Of a DNA stretch of 64,000 nt, positions 1-13,358 are shown piece after piece. Position numbers and translations under genes: made by a program. The notes beneath the pieces are model-generated. The model saw only the letters and a list, made by a program, of their open reading frames with translations, was not told the DNA's origin and did no database searches. How positions within the stretch are numbered: position 1 is the first letter of the stretch; each line of letters starts with the position of its first letter. The stretch comes from Rhizodiscina lignyota. Its lineage: Eukaryota. The stretch lies in contig ML978131.1 in assembly GCA_010015805.1 (NCBI GenBank), positions 124,001 to 188,000 of the forward strand. The letters run 5' to 3'.

Positions 1-1204
1 GTAAAACGGCCCATTATGCTGAATATGCGGTTGTGAAAATGTGGTGCGGGGGTATCGCAACGAGTGTTCGATAGGGTGACGTGACCGGGTTACTCTACTG
101 TCTCAAGTAGAGGAAGTAGCGAAGGTCCAAGGACCGTGTCCAAGCGCGTCTGCCTCTTGAACTGCTGCAGTCAAATCAAGGTAGAGCCTCAAGACCAGGC
201 AGGCGTGTTTTGAAACGATGGTTTGTGGCCGATCCAGTCACAGCGATCGTGTGGTCGCGCTGACGGTATGGCGATTTCCCAGCAGACTGGCGAATCGTGC
301 TTCTGTTTCGTGTCTTATGAGTCCAGAGAGCGATTTGAAGCTTCCGTAGACGATTATGGAACCAAGAGGCCCAGTTGCAGTCGCGTGTTGAATTAAAAGT
401 GGTTGGATATCAGAATCTGCCGTGTCAGGGGTAGCAGGAGGCTCGTGGCGAGTCGAACGTCTCCTAAAGCGATTGACGGCTACCACGCAGATCGGACTAC
501 TAAACGAATGTACAAAGAATCAGTATAAACAAGACGAAGGTGAGAAGGCGAGATGGACAGTTTGCGTGGAATGCAGGACTGCTTCAAGGCGCCACAGGAA
601 TGGAAGAGCACGAGGGCCAAGGCGCGGGAGACGCAACCTTAAGCTGTGACCGCGCCCCGTGCGCTATCGCTGCACCAAAGCCGACCACCGCTGCGGCCAG
701 CCCGGAAAGGCAGCTGGGGGCAAGGCCCTTACTCGCTAGACCAGGCCCCTTTGGGATTATCAATAAAAAAATACGCGCGGATACGAGCGCCATCACATAG
801 AAAAAGAACGGTTCCAGAAGTTTTGTTGAATTCCTCTCTCCGCGCTGGTGGAAACATAAACGAACCGTCGATCGTTTGGCCGATGACACGCAGTGCCCAG
901 CTGTTTCACATTATTTCCGATTAGGTCAGGCTCACAACAGACGAGGGACCCAAGTATAGACACGGAGCAGATCTGCGGCGAGGAGGACACCAAGCAATGT
1001 ACGGATCGAGGCTCAAGAATGTCAGAGGTATGTAGGGCTGCATATGGCATATGGGGGACGTAATTGTACGCGTTGTGAATGTTTTGCATTCTTTAGTGCT
1101 ATTTCTTTGTAAGTCTGCTTTGGATATGCATAAGCGGACGCATCCAATACTCATCCCGTCCACAAATACCCATCCTCAGCCTCAATTGCAGGACACTGGT
1201 GAGA

Positions 1205-2876
1205 CTAAAATCGGCGCTTCTTCTTCGCTGGCGCCTGAGCTTTTGCCTCGAGCTGCCTCTTCAGCTCCTCTCGCTTTCTGTCTGCTCTCTCTTGAGACGA
1301 CTCGCGCGGCACATCTGGTGCCAGAGTCTGCTCGTTTTGAGTGGCCTTCGCACCTGGCTTTTCAGAGTTTCTGTTAAGCTCTATTTCGGTCGTTGGCAGG
1401 ACGTTCGATTGTCGTGCTTCTGAAGTTTTTGGTGGTGTAGATTTCTTGCCCCCAATCTTACCAAGGACTTTCTTGGGTGTAGTAGGTTGAGCACTTGGCT
1501 CTGGTGTCTGTGATTTCGCTGCCTTTCCTCCAATAATACCGAGCTTACGTTTCGCCTGTATCTTTGTTGCAGGCGCAGGCTTTGGAGCGTCTTCGGTGTC
1601 CTGATTCTCGTCATCAATACCAGCACCGTGTTGGGGAGCCGATTCTAGAAAACCTAGGTCTTGAGCTGGAGTCTTTTCCCGAGACCCTCCAATCCGACCA
1701 AGCTTTTTCTTTGACGACAAAGGCGGAGACTTGCGCGGACTAGTTCGAGGTGGTTGTATCTTGGGCTTGATGGGCTTCACAACCGCGTCTAAGTCATCGT
1801 CCTCTGTCTCTGTCTCTGATCCATCGTCCTTCGGGGCTGCCGCTCCATTGGACTTTGCTGGATCACTGGCACCGTTCAAATTATCTTGTTTTGCTTGTCT
1901 AATAGCAGGAGGGGTTGCTTGACGCTTATAAGGACTGTCAGCATGCTTAAATCGCGAGGTATAGACAAGAGCTTACCTGAAACTCTGAAGTATCGACCGC
2001 TTCGTCTTCGCTGTCAATGTCTTCTAACCGTCGTTTCTTCGACGTAGGCTCCTTGCTCTTGCTCCTAAGTGACAAGGAAGTCTCACGGGAAGCTGCCACC
2101 AGATCCTTCTCTTGCAGGTGCTCCCACCAGCTATCACTCGTGGCCTCAACGTTACCTTGCAGCGATAAAATGCCCTTCTCAAAGACCTCTTCCACCATCT
2201 GGTTTTGAGAGACTACAGCCGGGTTCGTGTTGCTTTTTTGCAGCCATTGCCTTTCATCGAATCGTCCCAGTCCCTTGACATATTGCCCAGCTTGTTCCCT
2301 CGACATTGACCTCTGCGAAGACTTTCGCCCTGCTGCGCTTGGAAACACATCCGCAACATCTGTGCCAATAGCCTCCAGTTTGTCGAGTAATTTTGATATC
2401 ACGACGTCCTTGTCGTGCAGTTGACGTATGAGGTCATCCTGCTGCCTGCATAACGTGTGGAGATGCTGTACCAAAGGCTGTGTAACATAAGGCTTGAGAT
2501 GCTCTTGAGAGAGCAAGCTAAGCTCAACGCGCCAACGCAAAGATTCTAATGGCGGCGGGAGGGTAGAATAAGTCTCAAGCACGAGAGAGTCTTCAGCTTC
2601 CGCGGTCACCTGCGCGCTAGTGCCTTCAACGCCATCCAACGCGTCTTTTACTTTGGTAAGCAGGATCCTGAGTTGACTTGTATCTTCACTTGGGTCGATA
2701 CTCGTGTTGTCGGTGAGAGCCCTGAGGACAAGTTGTCTCCTGTCGAGCGTTTCTGTCCAAATGCGACTCAAGTCGGTAAGCCAGACGGTGTAGCCAGCAG
2801 ACGTGAAGTCGTATTTAATCAGAAGCTGTGGCGTATTATTTGACGAGTTAGCAATTCGGATGGGCTTCCAGGACAT
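1205..2876 (-). CDS. XRCC4-like factor (XLF/Cernunnos/Nej1 family) NHEJ protein; 2 exons, intron ~1925-1976
   Basis: N-terminal motif VWLTDLSRIWTETLDRRQL...SIDPSED..QLRILL, followed by a coiled coil (L..QL.DKD.VI.KLLDKLEA.G.D). GTAAGC donor and AG acceptor join EFQ|RQATPP. Low-complexity C-terminus ends in a basic KKKRRF tail. Confidence 0.85.
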
Positions 2877-2924
2877 GTCGTTCTTTTGCTGAGGTGATGT
2901 TGATGATCGAGAGCAGAAGGGGAA

Positions 2925-2942
2925 TCGCGTCGCGACTCGCGT
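2925..2942. promoter_or_regulatory. CGCG-rich (MCB-like) element in the ~200-bp bidirectional XLF/cactin promoter
   Basis: TCGCGTCGCGACTCGCGT lies between the two divergent start codons. MCB-like sites are typical of DNA repair/S-phase genes (inference). Confidence 0.35.
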
Positions 2943-3080
2943 GTAAAGTAGCTAGGCAGCTATGGTGGTCCAAGCGTTTTGGTGTTGAAGCTCCGTCATC
3001 TCGAATAAGGACACTTCAATTTCCAAATTCTTCCACCGACCAGCACCTCAAGAAATAATCTCAACAACGCTTCACACAAG

Positions 3081-4904
3081 ATGTCGCATCGAGAACCTCC
3101 GCCATGGCGACGAGACAATGCACGACAGGCCTCGAGGCAAACGAAGTCAACCATACCAAGCAAGCGGCGGGCAGATGATGAAGAGGAAGCCTGGATCGCT
3201 GGCGAGGATCGCTTCGTTCTAACACAGGCGAAGAAGAAGGCGGCAATTCGTGTGAAGGGAGGCAGAGCAAAGCCGATCGACTGGCTGGCCGTTACACTGC
3301 GCGCCATCGAACCGTCGAAAGACATCGACCCCGATGAGGACGAGGCCGATTTGGACATCGTAGACCCAGAGGGTGTCCTGGAGGACCTGGATGAGACACA
3401 ACTAGTGGAATTGGAGAAGGATATTGATTCTTATCTGGCGCTTGAGACTAGTCGCAGCAACAAGGATTTTTGGGAGGCAAGTGCTATAATTCTCAAGCAG
3501 TGAGTGCGAAGCTAACACGGCACAATAGACGATGAAGGTTATTTGCAAAGATCGCATCCAAAAATCCAAGTCCTCGGGCCCAGCTGGTCGCGGTATTCAC
3601 TCCGTCTCCGCCGACATCGACAAGTTGCTCAGTCCCAAATCCCTTGAAGAACTCGAGAAGTTGGAGAAGCAAATCAGGGCCAAGCTTGCGTCCAACGAAC
3701 CGATAGACACAGATTATTGGGAACACTTGTTACGGAGCCTCTTGGTGTGGAAGGCTCGGGCTCGCCTGAGGAAGGTATCGCAGACTATCGTCAACAGCAG
3801 ACTAGAGGAACTTCGAAAGCAGCAGGAAGCCGAAGCGGATGCTGTGCGCGAGAAGCTTGAGGCTGCTCTCAAGGACTCTGTTGCTCTATCAGGCTTTGGT
3901 ACCGCGGCTCACGACCCAAGTCTGGATCCACAACCGTTAATAAAGCAACGCCCTGAGGACAAGTCACTGGAAGCACAAGACGAGGGAGCTTTTCTTGATG
4001 GCATCATTAAAGAACGGCAGCGGATTCGTAAATTAGGATACGTCCCACTACAGCAGCGAACGTCAGAGGGCTCACGAGCAACGGGAAGTAGTGCTATCAC
4101 TAGTCGATTCTCCGCTTCGAAGAACGACGATTTCTCCAAGGCCACAACTGATCTCTATGAAAGAGAGGTTGCCCGAGGCGTCAATGAGAATGAGGAGATA
4201 TTCACCAACGAGGAGGAGGTCTCAACTTCCCAACCGCAGTGGGCGAGCAAGTACCGCCCTCGCAAGCCGAGATACTTCAACCGCGTGCAAATGGGCTATG
4301 AGTGGAACAAGTATAACCAGACACATTATGATCACGACAATCCGCCCCCAAAAGTCGTGCAAGGCTACAAGTTCAACATCTTCTACCCTGATCTGATCGA
4401 CAAGAGCAAGGCACCGACGTATCGTATCGAGCGGGAAGGCGGTCGGAAGAGGGGCCAATCCTTCGCCCCTGCTGGCGAGGACGACACGTGCTTGATCAAG
4501 TTTATTGCCGGACCACCGTATGAGGATATTGCCTTCCGTATAGTCGACAAGGAGTGGGACTATAGCGCCAAGAGAGAGCGCGGCTTTAAGAGCAGCTTCG
4601 ACAAGGTACGTTTGAGAACAGAGCACCCTATCAATTTCGTTTTCGCCGCTTCTCGGTGTCATTGTGGTTGCGGCAAGTCCAGCTCGCGGCCAAGCTTGGC
4701 ACGGGGTCGCTGTCCGAAGTCAATACATCTCAGCTGGCCCAGAGAGGGCGTACAAAGTGTGGGGCCGTTGCTGACCAGATTTTGTGGCTAGGGCATACTC
4801 CAGCTTCACTTCATGTTCAAAAAGGTGAGTCAGCACCGTTATACCTACATGTGTATCTTCGTGGCATTTGCTGATAAGCGCTCCAGATCTACTATCGCAA
4901 GTGA
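3081..4904 (+). CDS. Cactin (spliceosome-associated factor); 4 exons, introns 3477-3528 (GC-AG), 4606-4791, 4825-4886
   Basis: Cactin mid-region ED.FVL.QAKKKAAIRVK.GRAKPIDWL and C-terminal domain RKPRYFNRVQMGYEWNKYNQTHYDHDNPPPKVVQGYKFNIFYPDLIDK...GPPYEDIAF.IV. The spliced end is GILQLHFMFKKIYYRK*. Confidence 0.92.
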
Positions 4905-6183
4905 TCGTGGCGGCGGCGGTCATCTGGATGGTGGCTGGCTCTGGCCGCATTTCCGGTTTACCTCCTCCATACATCTCATGCATGGCTCACCGGTCCGTGC
5001 CGGATGTGCCCAATAGGGTCACAAAGCAGGCTCTTGCCGCCTCGTTATTGGGCAGTAGTAACAACAGGAATCGCGTTAGTGCTTTGTGTTGTATACCTTT
5101 CACAAAGCCAACGCCTTTGCATCATTGTAAGTAGAAGAAAATCGACAGCTGCATAGCCGATGGACATTGCCGCCTGCACGTGCAACGTCGGATATCTTGC
5201 CTTGCATTCATAGTGACATTGAGGGGCAAGAGTCCGACCTCGCCTAGTCATAGTCAACCGATCAATTGCTTGAATTCGCCTCCAAATTTCCAGGCTGCCA
5301 GTCAGGAGGGCGCAAATTGATGCGCTAACGTTTGTCAGGCCACATCGAACAAAGAAGTCCCACGCGTGTAAATGCCATTAGTGTTCTGTTGTGGAACTAA
5401 TGAACCTGGTTTCTTCAATTTCGGCGTCCTCATTTTCCTTTGCTGTCATCTGCAATAGGGGTTCTTGCATGATTGAATGCCAAATTGCTGCGGTCGAAAT
5501 GTATCCTGCAATATGAATGCGCTTCTAGAAGACGTTTGGAATAGTATCCTGAGTTACCGCGGTTCAACGGTGGATGGTTGCAGTGGGCAGAGGTAAGTCC
5601 GTTGGAACGGGCAAAGTAGCTGCAGCCAGCCGTTTGGGCGCCCAGAGCGCATGCTGGAGGTGCACCATCTTCTGTACTCTGCCAGAAACGTGCTGCGGTT
5701 GATCACACAGGGCTGTCATTATGGACAGCGCATCGCTCATTGGCGTATCGCTTGGGCGCGACTGGGGCGCAGACGGGTTATGTCCGACGAGGGGTAGGTG
5801 CCTTGTTGAGTTTCTCTATTCACAGAGTACTTCGATACATGCTTCACTACTCCAGAGCTCTGTTTGCTGCATCACGTCGCTTGATGCCTTCTGCGGCGCC
5901 ATTCCGTGTGCTGCTTTCCGTACCCGGCGGACGCATGTCTGCGGCACCGATTGACAATGCCCAAAGAAATCCTCCGATGAAGCAAGTCCCAGCCCTTAGA
6001 AATGTCCCACCAGGGCACGTCAACATCCGATTTGGAGAGCATCCCTATCGGCCAATCTCTAGCCCTGCCCCGGGGAGTTGGTGCAACCAGACAACACTGG
6101 TAGCTGTCATTGTTCAGTTGGGCCACTCGTCGCTAACCTGCTTCTGTACCTGGTGATCTGGGACATAGCCTCCCTGAAACAAG

Positions 6184-7983
6184 ATGGCAGCTTCGGGAGC
6201 CACGCGTGAAGGCCTGGCGCGGGAAACTCAGAGCTCTTTAACCTCTGATTCGGCGTCGAACCAACTACACGACCATACTCCTCATTCGACGTCATATATG
6301 GCGACAGCCAACCTGGACACATCTACATGGCTCCCACCAAACGTCCGACGACCGATTGATCAACAACAGCACGCCATGCTTGAGGCTTCTGATATAGCGT
6401 GGGCCAGCGAGTATCCCACAGAGGCGCTCTTCCCAAACTCGCCGAACTACGAGCTGTGTCAGCAGTCTATCCTTTCGCCTGGGAAGAATGGACTGCACAT
6501 GGGATCCTACTTTGACTTCCAAATGCTTAACGAGCAGGGGTTTGAAGGATGGAGTGTCGACAATTCTACTCTCGTTCAGCCTCGAAGCATACCTGGGCTT
6601 GATATGAGCTCAATGACCCAATCGTCAGATGGCTTCCCTCCATCAGCATTTCATGTTGATACAAAATCAAATGAAGCCTCACAGCAGATCGACGATGCTT
6701 CAGCGAACGCAGCGCTGCTCGATATCCATCTCAGCGTGGAGCAAGATCCCCTGCACACTCATCGACAGGATTCCCTCCTGGATTTGGGATCCTCTGAGCT
6801 CCAACTATCGTACGCTAACGACTTTCGCCGTTCGCACCACCACTCACCAACACCTATGCATTCTGAATTCAGTGGTGGGCACGATGAGCACATTGAATTC
6901 GACGACGTTGAAGAGGACAACGAAAAGCCGTATGCGCAGCTGATCTGGCAAGCCCTCAAATCAGCTCCAGACTACAGCATGCAGCTGCAGGACATTTACG
7001 ATTATGTTCAGCACTCCACCGACAAGGTTAAGGACAAGTCTGGAAATGGCTGGAGGAACAGTATCCGCCACAATCTTTCAATGAACAAGGTGCGACTAAT
7101 GTGTACTCACATCAGTGATTCATTATTTCGAGGATTGTACTAAAAATGGCATTTTCAGGCATTCGAGAAGACTACATCAGACTCCAAGTCCAAGAAAGGC
7201 GGCAAGAACACCTGGCGACTCGTTCCAGAGTTCATCGAGTGCGGGCCTGAATCTACGACTCGCTATCGTCGCAAAGACCCAACCTTCAAGCGCCCGCGCA
7301 AGTCGATGCACCCGGCACCTCAACGGCAAGCATCTGGAGCCAAGGGCGGTCAAGCAGCACGGAAGGCAGCGGAGCAGCGCCGCTCAATGCGCCTGAGAGA
7401 AGCGCAAACTACTCAACTCCAGGAAATGAGAGCCTTTGATGCGCCGCTCTACAACCATAGCCCGCGGATGGCGGGCGATCAGTGTCACGGCCTTCCGTAC
7501 TACGCGCACTCACCACAACCTTCGTCGGAGCCTCATAGCGCGTTCGCCAGTTATCCAAGCTCGCCGTACTTCACCTGCAGCCCTTCAATACCCCAAGGCT
7601 TCTCTTTCGCCCAAGCACCTGCCACTGCTCCGAAATCGGATCCTTTCGCCCTCCCACAAGCCCATGGACTGCCGCAGGAGCAGCTTCGATCGCAATACCA
7701 CTTCCAGCAGATCGACGGCTTCCCGACTTCGATGCCGGCACCTTACACTCCCCCGCATGATCACAGCTCCTACACAAACACTCCGCCCGCCGAGCATGTC
7801 GACCGCATCGAACTGATTGACATCGGCGACAAGCCGCTGTTTGCTTCGGAGTGTGACACTTCCGACTCCGCAAGCGAGATGAACTCTCCATTGACCCCGG
7901 CGACGATGGGATCGACGGAGCGCTTTGGCGGAATACCCTCTGGCATTGGAATCGATCCAAGTCCGTTCGATGGGAGCTCCTAG
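6184..7983 (+). CDS. Forkhead-domain transcription factor; intron 7090-7158; start codon uncertain (6184 or 6298)
   Basis: KPYAQLIWQALKSAP...QLQDIYDYV...GWRNSIRHNLSMNK|AFEK forkhead signature, spliced across a GT..AG intron. Confidence 0.88.
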
Positions 7984-9785
7984 ACCAGCGTTACTCAAAG
8001 TTCGCTTTGGGCGGAGTGTCTGATGTTGCACACTATGTATCCGCGCTGAATATTTCGGGAATCACATTTTGCTTTCTGCTTCCCGTTTCTTGGCTTCCAT
8101 CTGCGAAGACGTCGGTTTCTGGAGTTGGGTTTACGTTCTAGATTGTCTTTATGACTGATTTTTGGGCACCGTCCTGTCATTTCCTTTCCCACCAGCCCTC
8201 ACGTTGGATTCAACTCGGCCTAGTTGAAGCCTTTGCACGTTGGGTTTGCCTTTGCTTCACTTCAAGGCTCACATGTATGAAAGACTGCAGACTAATCTGG
8301 GAGCTGGATGTCTCTATACATTCGAGCGGGTATCAAGGGTCTTGTGGTCTAGTCGACATATTGTGCACCCTATTCCCCATCGACATACACACTTTTTCAT
8401 ATCACTAGCTAGTCCTTTGGTAGCACTGGAAACGCATGTACAGTAGCCATACATTGATTTGTCTGTAATTCTGACGTTGTAATGATCACCAAAAAAAGAT
8501 TCACTCTCAATCAGTCAATCTATACCTCATATTCCCGTGCCGCGTGCTGTCAAACCTTCCACACGCGAATACCTCAAGCATTCGACGTTGCCGACGTTGC
8601 AACTCATAAATTTGTGCAAATGCATAAGCGGCAGTGCGGCAGTGCGGCATGCTGCAACACTATCTGTGCCACCGCCCCTTCCGTACCACGGCGTCGGGAT
8701 CAAAAGAGTCGGCTTGCACGCGTGGACTCCCTCTTCGACCCGGATGCCGCACACCAGCGCTACCATGGTAGACTCCTTCAGGACCGTGCTCAGGGCTAGA
8801 TTCTACTCCATCCGTGCGCTAGCGTAACGGTGCTGCGTTGCTGCAATGTTTCAGGAATGCTCCTGGGGCGTTGTGGCACATATGGAGTGCTTCTACATCC
8901 AGGTTGTCGGTCAGTCTGTCATACACCGCTCCAGAGCTTGGACGAGCGCAAGCTCAGGGAATTGGAGGCTTCCGTGGTACAGGATCGTCATTCCAGCTTG
9001 TGGGACGAATCAGCCTTCTCTAATGCGCTGTCTGAAGAAACGTTGCCAACGATCGTGCAGATGGCTGGACGCTAGTCGTCGTGGTAACTCCGATTGACGG
9101 GAGGCCGCATTAACCGCCGAGGCTCGTGCCGTAAGGGGTGTTTTTCTTGAGCTCGACTCCTAAATTGAAGCAGACCTTATTAGAATACTTGTCTGAATAG
9201 GGTGGGTGTGTTGCATGCGGTTGTGGTCAAGATTGGAAAGCATCGGACGCTTATGGCACGAATAGCTTCCAACATGTTGTGGACTAGGTCGTGCAATAGG
9301 TGAATGCGAGACTTACGAGCCTCATCCTAGCAAGTATCGTAAACGAAGCAGCTTAACCCTGCCTTCGCACTATATTCCAGATGAGTTCAGGATCTTTACC
9401 CTCTGCTACGAGTGCAACTTTGGGTAGTCGATGGTTGCGCAGCCGCAACTTGACGATGTCCAACTCAACTCCAAGCCCGTAAAAATTTATCTACGGATTC
9501 GTCCCGGACATGTAACTGGCTGTGAATCTCACAGAGTGTTATGTAGCTTATGGGTAGTGCTCAGCAATCTGTCATCATGCTGTCCTTCGATGCTCGGGGT
9601 TGGTTGCGAGGTTCGCTGTATGTCGTCTAAGAGGCTGAGCCGGACGCCTAATCGCTGTATCTCCGAGACCAACGATATTGAAGCCGTACATTCTAGCTTC
9701 AGCATCGCACATCTCATTTGATTTGGCTAGAGTGGGCCACTGCATCTGTTCCGAAACCGCGAAAGGTAATATCAGCTGATGAACT

Positions 9786-10784
9786 TCATGTCGGCGTAAC
9801 GCTGCTATTGTTCGCTTCAACCAGGACATTGGGGTTGTTCTCTGCGGCACTGATTCTCTCGAGCACATTAGTCCAATTCTCCCACCAAGCGTTTGCGTAG
9901 TCCGGGCTGTCAAAGGCAAGCATATTGTCCATGCCTGTGGTGTCGTCCACAGGAAGTCCCTGAGGCCAGTTCGATGATGGTCCAAATGCAGTTGAAGGTT
10001 GATCAGGAGCTTGTAATGTCGAAAGAGCGCTGGGATCGAGATTGACGTATGTCCAATCATCGGATGTCAAGGACGCATCTGGTGCGCTGTTCGGTCTAAA
10101 GGCTGCAATAGGAAAATTGCTTTCTCCAAACGAGCTGGTGGGGACAGCCAAATCCGGTACCTCAGAAATCGCCATCGCGGAGTCGTTCAAGGAAGGAGCG
10201 CTAAGATTTGCTTTCTGCTGCCCCCGAGAGCCGGCTGGTATTTGTGATTGTAGTTCCTGTCCGGCATCTCGGATGAAGCGGTCGGTCCAATTTATATACC
10301 CAGGTATTCGCATAGAGATCTTCTCTTGATCACCATGAACTTCATGGCCTGTACCAGAGTCTACCTTCCGCAGGAAGTCTACCTCGACCCCGCTTGCTTC
10401 AAGACGCTCTACGATATTCCGTATACTGCTCTCTTGTGTATTGGGGCGTTCGCATAGTTGCCGGAGAGCATCGAGAAGGTATCGCTGTTGGGTCTCTAGG
10501 CTGGATATGTAACTATGAAGGGATTAGTCCCATGCATGTAGCGCCAGGTTTGATACGTACGTTCGTGAGACTTCTTTGATGTCGGCCTGGTTACGGCGGT
10601 CCAGCTGGCAATTGACCTGGTCGCGAGTGCATCGACGGCAGGGCACTTGACCGTCACATTTCACTTTTCTGATGCGGCAGCGAATACAGGCCTGCTTGAC
10701 TCTCGGAGGGATGTGGGGTCTGCCCGCTTCAGTCGGGGACGTGTCGTGAGGATGACTCTTAGGCTTGGGCGTGATAAGGAACAT
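9786..10784 (-). CDS. Zn(II)2Cys6 transcription factor; one intron ~10513-10561
   Basis: ACIRCRIRKVKCDGQVPCRRCTRDQVNC zinc cluster. Splicing gives the dimerisation helix SRTYISSLETQQRYLLDALRQL, which continues in frame into ORF 9786-10313. Confidence 0.8.
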
Positions 10785-11300
10785 GATGGAGGTGAGGTTG
10801 ATGCGCCAGGCTCTGTGCTCAAGAGAGTGTACGGATCTACGGAGGTGTGAGGTTGGTGGTGAATGTCAGTATCGTGGGCGAAGTTGGGCCTTCATAACTT
10901 GCAGTATCGTACCGAACGGCGGCAAAGCGGAGGATTTTGGGATGCGTGGACAGTCAGGTCAATGTGACCTCATTACTCTTCGGGAACACCCGATCCTTGA
11001 CCTTTCAATTGACGACCCACCACGCTTGCAGAGAGCCAATTTAAGGGACGGAGAAAATAAGCTTACTACGCCTTTAGTATGTTGCGCATAGGTTTCACTT
11101 TCGAATTGATGAGGGCGCTACTTGTTCATGATTATTGAGCCATGCCCAGGCCCAACATACGTCACTAAGTACTACGTAGCGACAGCGGTGGAGATAGTAA
11201 ATGAAAAGTTGATGGCTCAGATATGCTATGCTTAATTGAATTAACAAACACCTAGGGTATGCAGTGCTCTTGTGAAAGGCCAGAAGGTGGTATCATAAAA

Positions 11301-12821
11301 TCAAATCCAGCGCCTGTACGTCGGTGGGCCTTCCGACCTCTCATGAAAATCGTCAAAGTCGTCTCCTGACTCTTCGTCTAGTTCCCGCTCAATGCCTGGA
11401 TATGAGTCTAGGTCTCGGGGAGGCTCAATGGCCCGTAGCTCGGTCGAGAGAGCCCACATTGATATCCTCGTCTTGGTTGCATAACTCGTACGAGGATCCC
11501 TGATCACCTGCACGGGTAGTTCGAGCACCGCGGCTGACATTTGCATATTCGCCACAGTAACCTCCAAGACGATAGAATACCTCAATGCAGCCGTTTGAGA
11601 GAGAAATGACGGTGGCAAAGTCTTAGGCGCAGTGACCATTGCTTGCAGCTTAGCCAGCCATGGTAATTGCTTTTTATCTGCATCCCCTGGCGCGTCAAAA
11701 GGAGACCGGCGGTCTACTCGCCATGACAGACTTGAATATTCTCGAGCTTCGGCTGCAGTTAATCGTGTGGACAATGCGATATGCCGCTTAGCGGCAACGT
11801 CGGTAAGAGTCGGCTCTCGGTCAAGACATTTTGCTGAATAGAATACTCGCATGCGCACATAGCTCTTCACAACCAAAGTCCAGTCGTATGGGACAATGTC
11901 TGAGGTTGCGCTGTGCTTTGGAGTGAATGAGACTTTGATAGGGACAGTCGTGCTAGCCCGGGGGGCGGCGACCAAAAGATTCAATGATAATGGCTCGCTC
12001 GCTGATAACTCCAAACTGCCACAGGGGCGATTGTAAAGATGGCGTCGAAGTTTGACGCGAGACTGAAGCTTGTATTCTCGCCCGTAAGACTCGGCGTAGA
12101 GGGGAGGATCTGGAGCCTGCGTTGGCATGATGATGGCTTCTCTTTCGCATTGCGGCAGCGGAGGAAATCGACCTTCCTCTTTCTGGCGAATGGTTGCGAG
12201 TAGGTGATAGAACACAAGGGGCTGCATATACCGTGACTTTGTCGGATAGTCGTCAAAAGAGCAGCCCATCTTTACAGTTGGATGGAGTCGTAAGAATCGT
12301 AAATCTGAAACCGGCCGCGCGGAAATCAGCCTCCGTGGGATAACGAAACTGAAAGGGAGCTGAATCTCCGTTTTCGTCGCCGCGTCTGTAGGTGAGGGAC
12401 AATGTTCCACCGTGTCGACTTCTTGAAGAAACTATGCACAATTAGGTCTGACTTGCTTCCAAAGGATTTGTATCCTGACCCGGTGTTCTGAGACTGCGGT
12501 TGGGACGCGGATCTGGCTGTAGTTCTGCTCGTTTCCTATCCAGGTCCTACAAATACCTGGGCATCCGTTAGTGAAAGTAAACTATGGATGTTATTACTGC
12601 ATACCTTCAAGTTTGACTTCAACTGTGAAATTAACGTTCAGAGGGCCGGCGACCTCAACGACACCCGAAAGGACATCTCCTCCTGTCCGTATCGCACAAT
12701 GGCAGTATCCATGTGAATCTGGCTTCGTGCATTGGGAGTCCTCTGGCAATATAATCTTTCTGATTATCAAGGTCCGTATATGGCGTTCCTCTTCGGTGAG
12801 CTGCAGAGTCGATGGGTGCAT
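11301..12821 (-). CDS. Arrestin-like (alpha-arrestin fold) protein; 3 exons
   Basis: N-terminal GDVLSGVVEV...VEVKLEG, then LPFSFVIP, LPPSF..LRYSI.LEV..LELPVQV, and a C-terminal PPTY (PY) motif. Confidence 0.6.
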
Positions 12822-13358
12822 GGTACTTTGGAGGTCGCCAACCGAGCATCAAACTCACGTCCAATTCTCGGCACAATACATGTCAGTACACATGTTGATA
12901 TGCATTGGAGATACATAGTTTAGGTGAAAGGGGTTGTGCGGTCTGTTCGGCAGCAATAGCTTTAAGACGTCGTTCAATGAGCTCATACATAGGTAAACTC
13001 GCTAAAGGCATAATGAGAGGTCACATACTAAGGATGAGCGTTCCTTGTCTAAAGTCGGTCGCGTCGGGAGCGCTAATGCACGAGGCGTCGCCGGGGATAG
13101 TGAGCTATTCTGTAAGGAGGTGTATTATTACAACTCGTTTCAACCCTTACTTACGTCATTTAATTTAGACATTTTGGCCGTGATACATAGCTGCAGCCTC
13201 AGGTGATATTTCCTCTAAGCACTACTTCGTACGAATTTGAATTGCACCCATACCCTCTTCCTTGTCAGCATGTCATTAGTAAGAGGAGGATTTGTTCTGT
13301 CAGACTAGACACAAGTTACCTGTGATTTCATGTCGTGCGAGCTCGTACGAGCAAGAGC

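Noticed and set aside
3500..3528. GTGAGT as the donor of cactin intron 1
   Set aside because: It would give a 29-nt intron and an immediate in-frame stop.
8000..9700. Short overlapping ORFs between the forkhead and Zn2Cys6 genes
   Set aside because: No recognisable domain; treated as intergenic or degenerate sequence.
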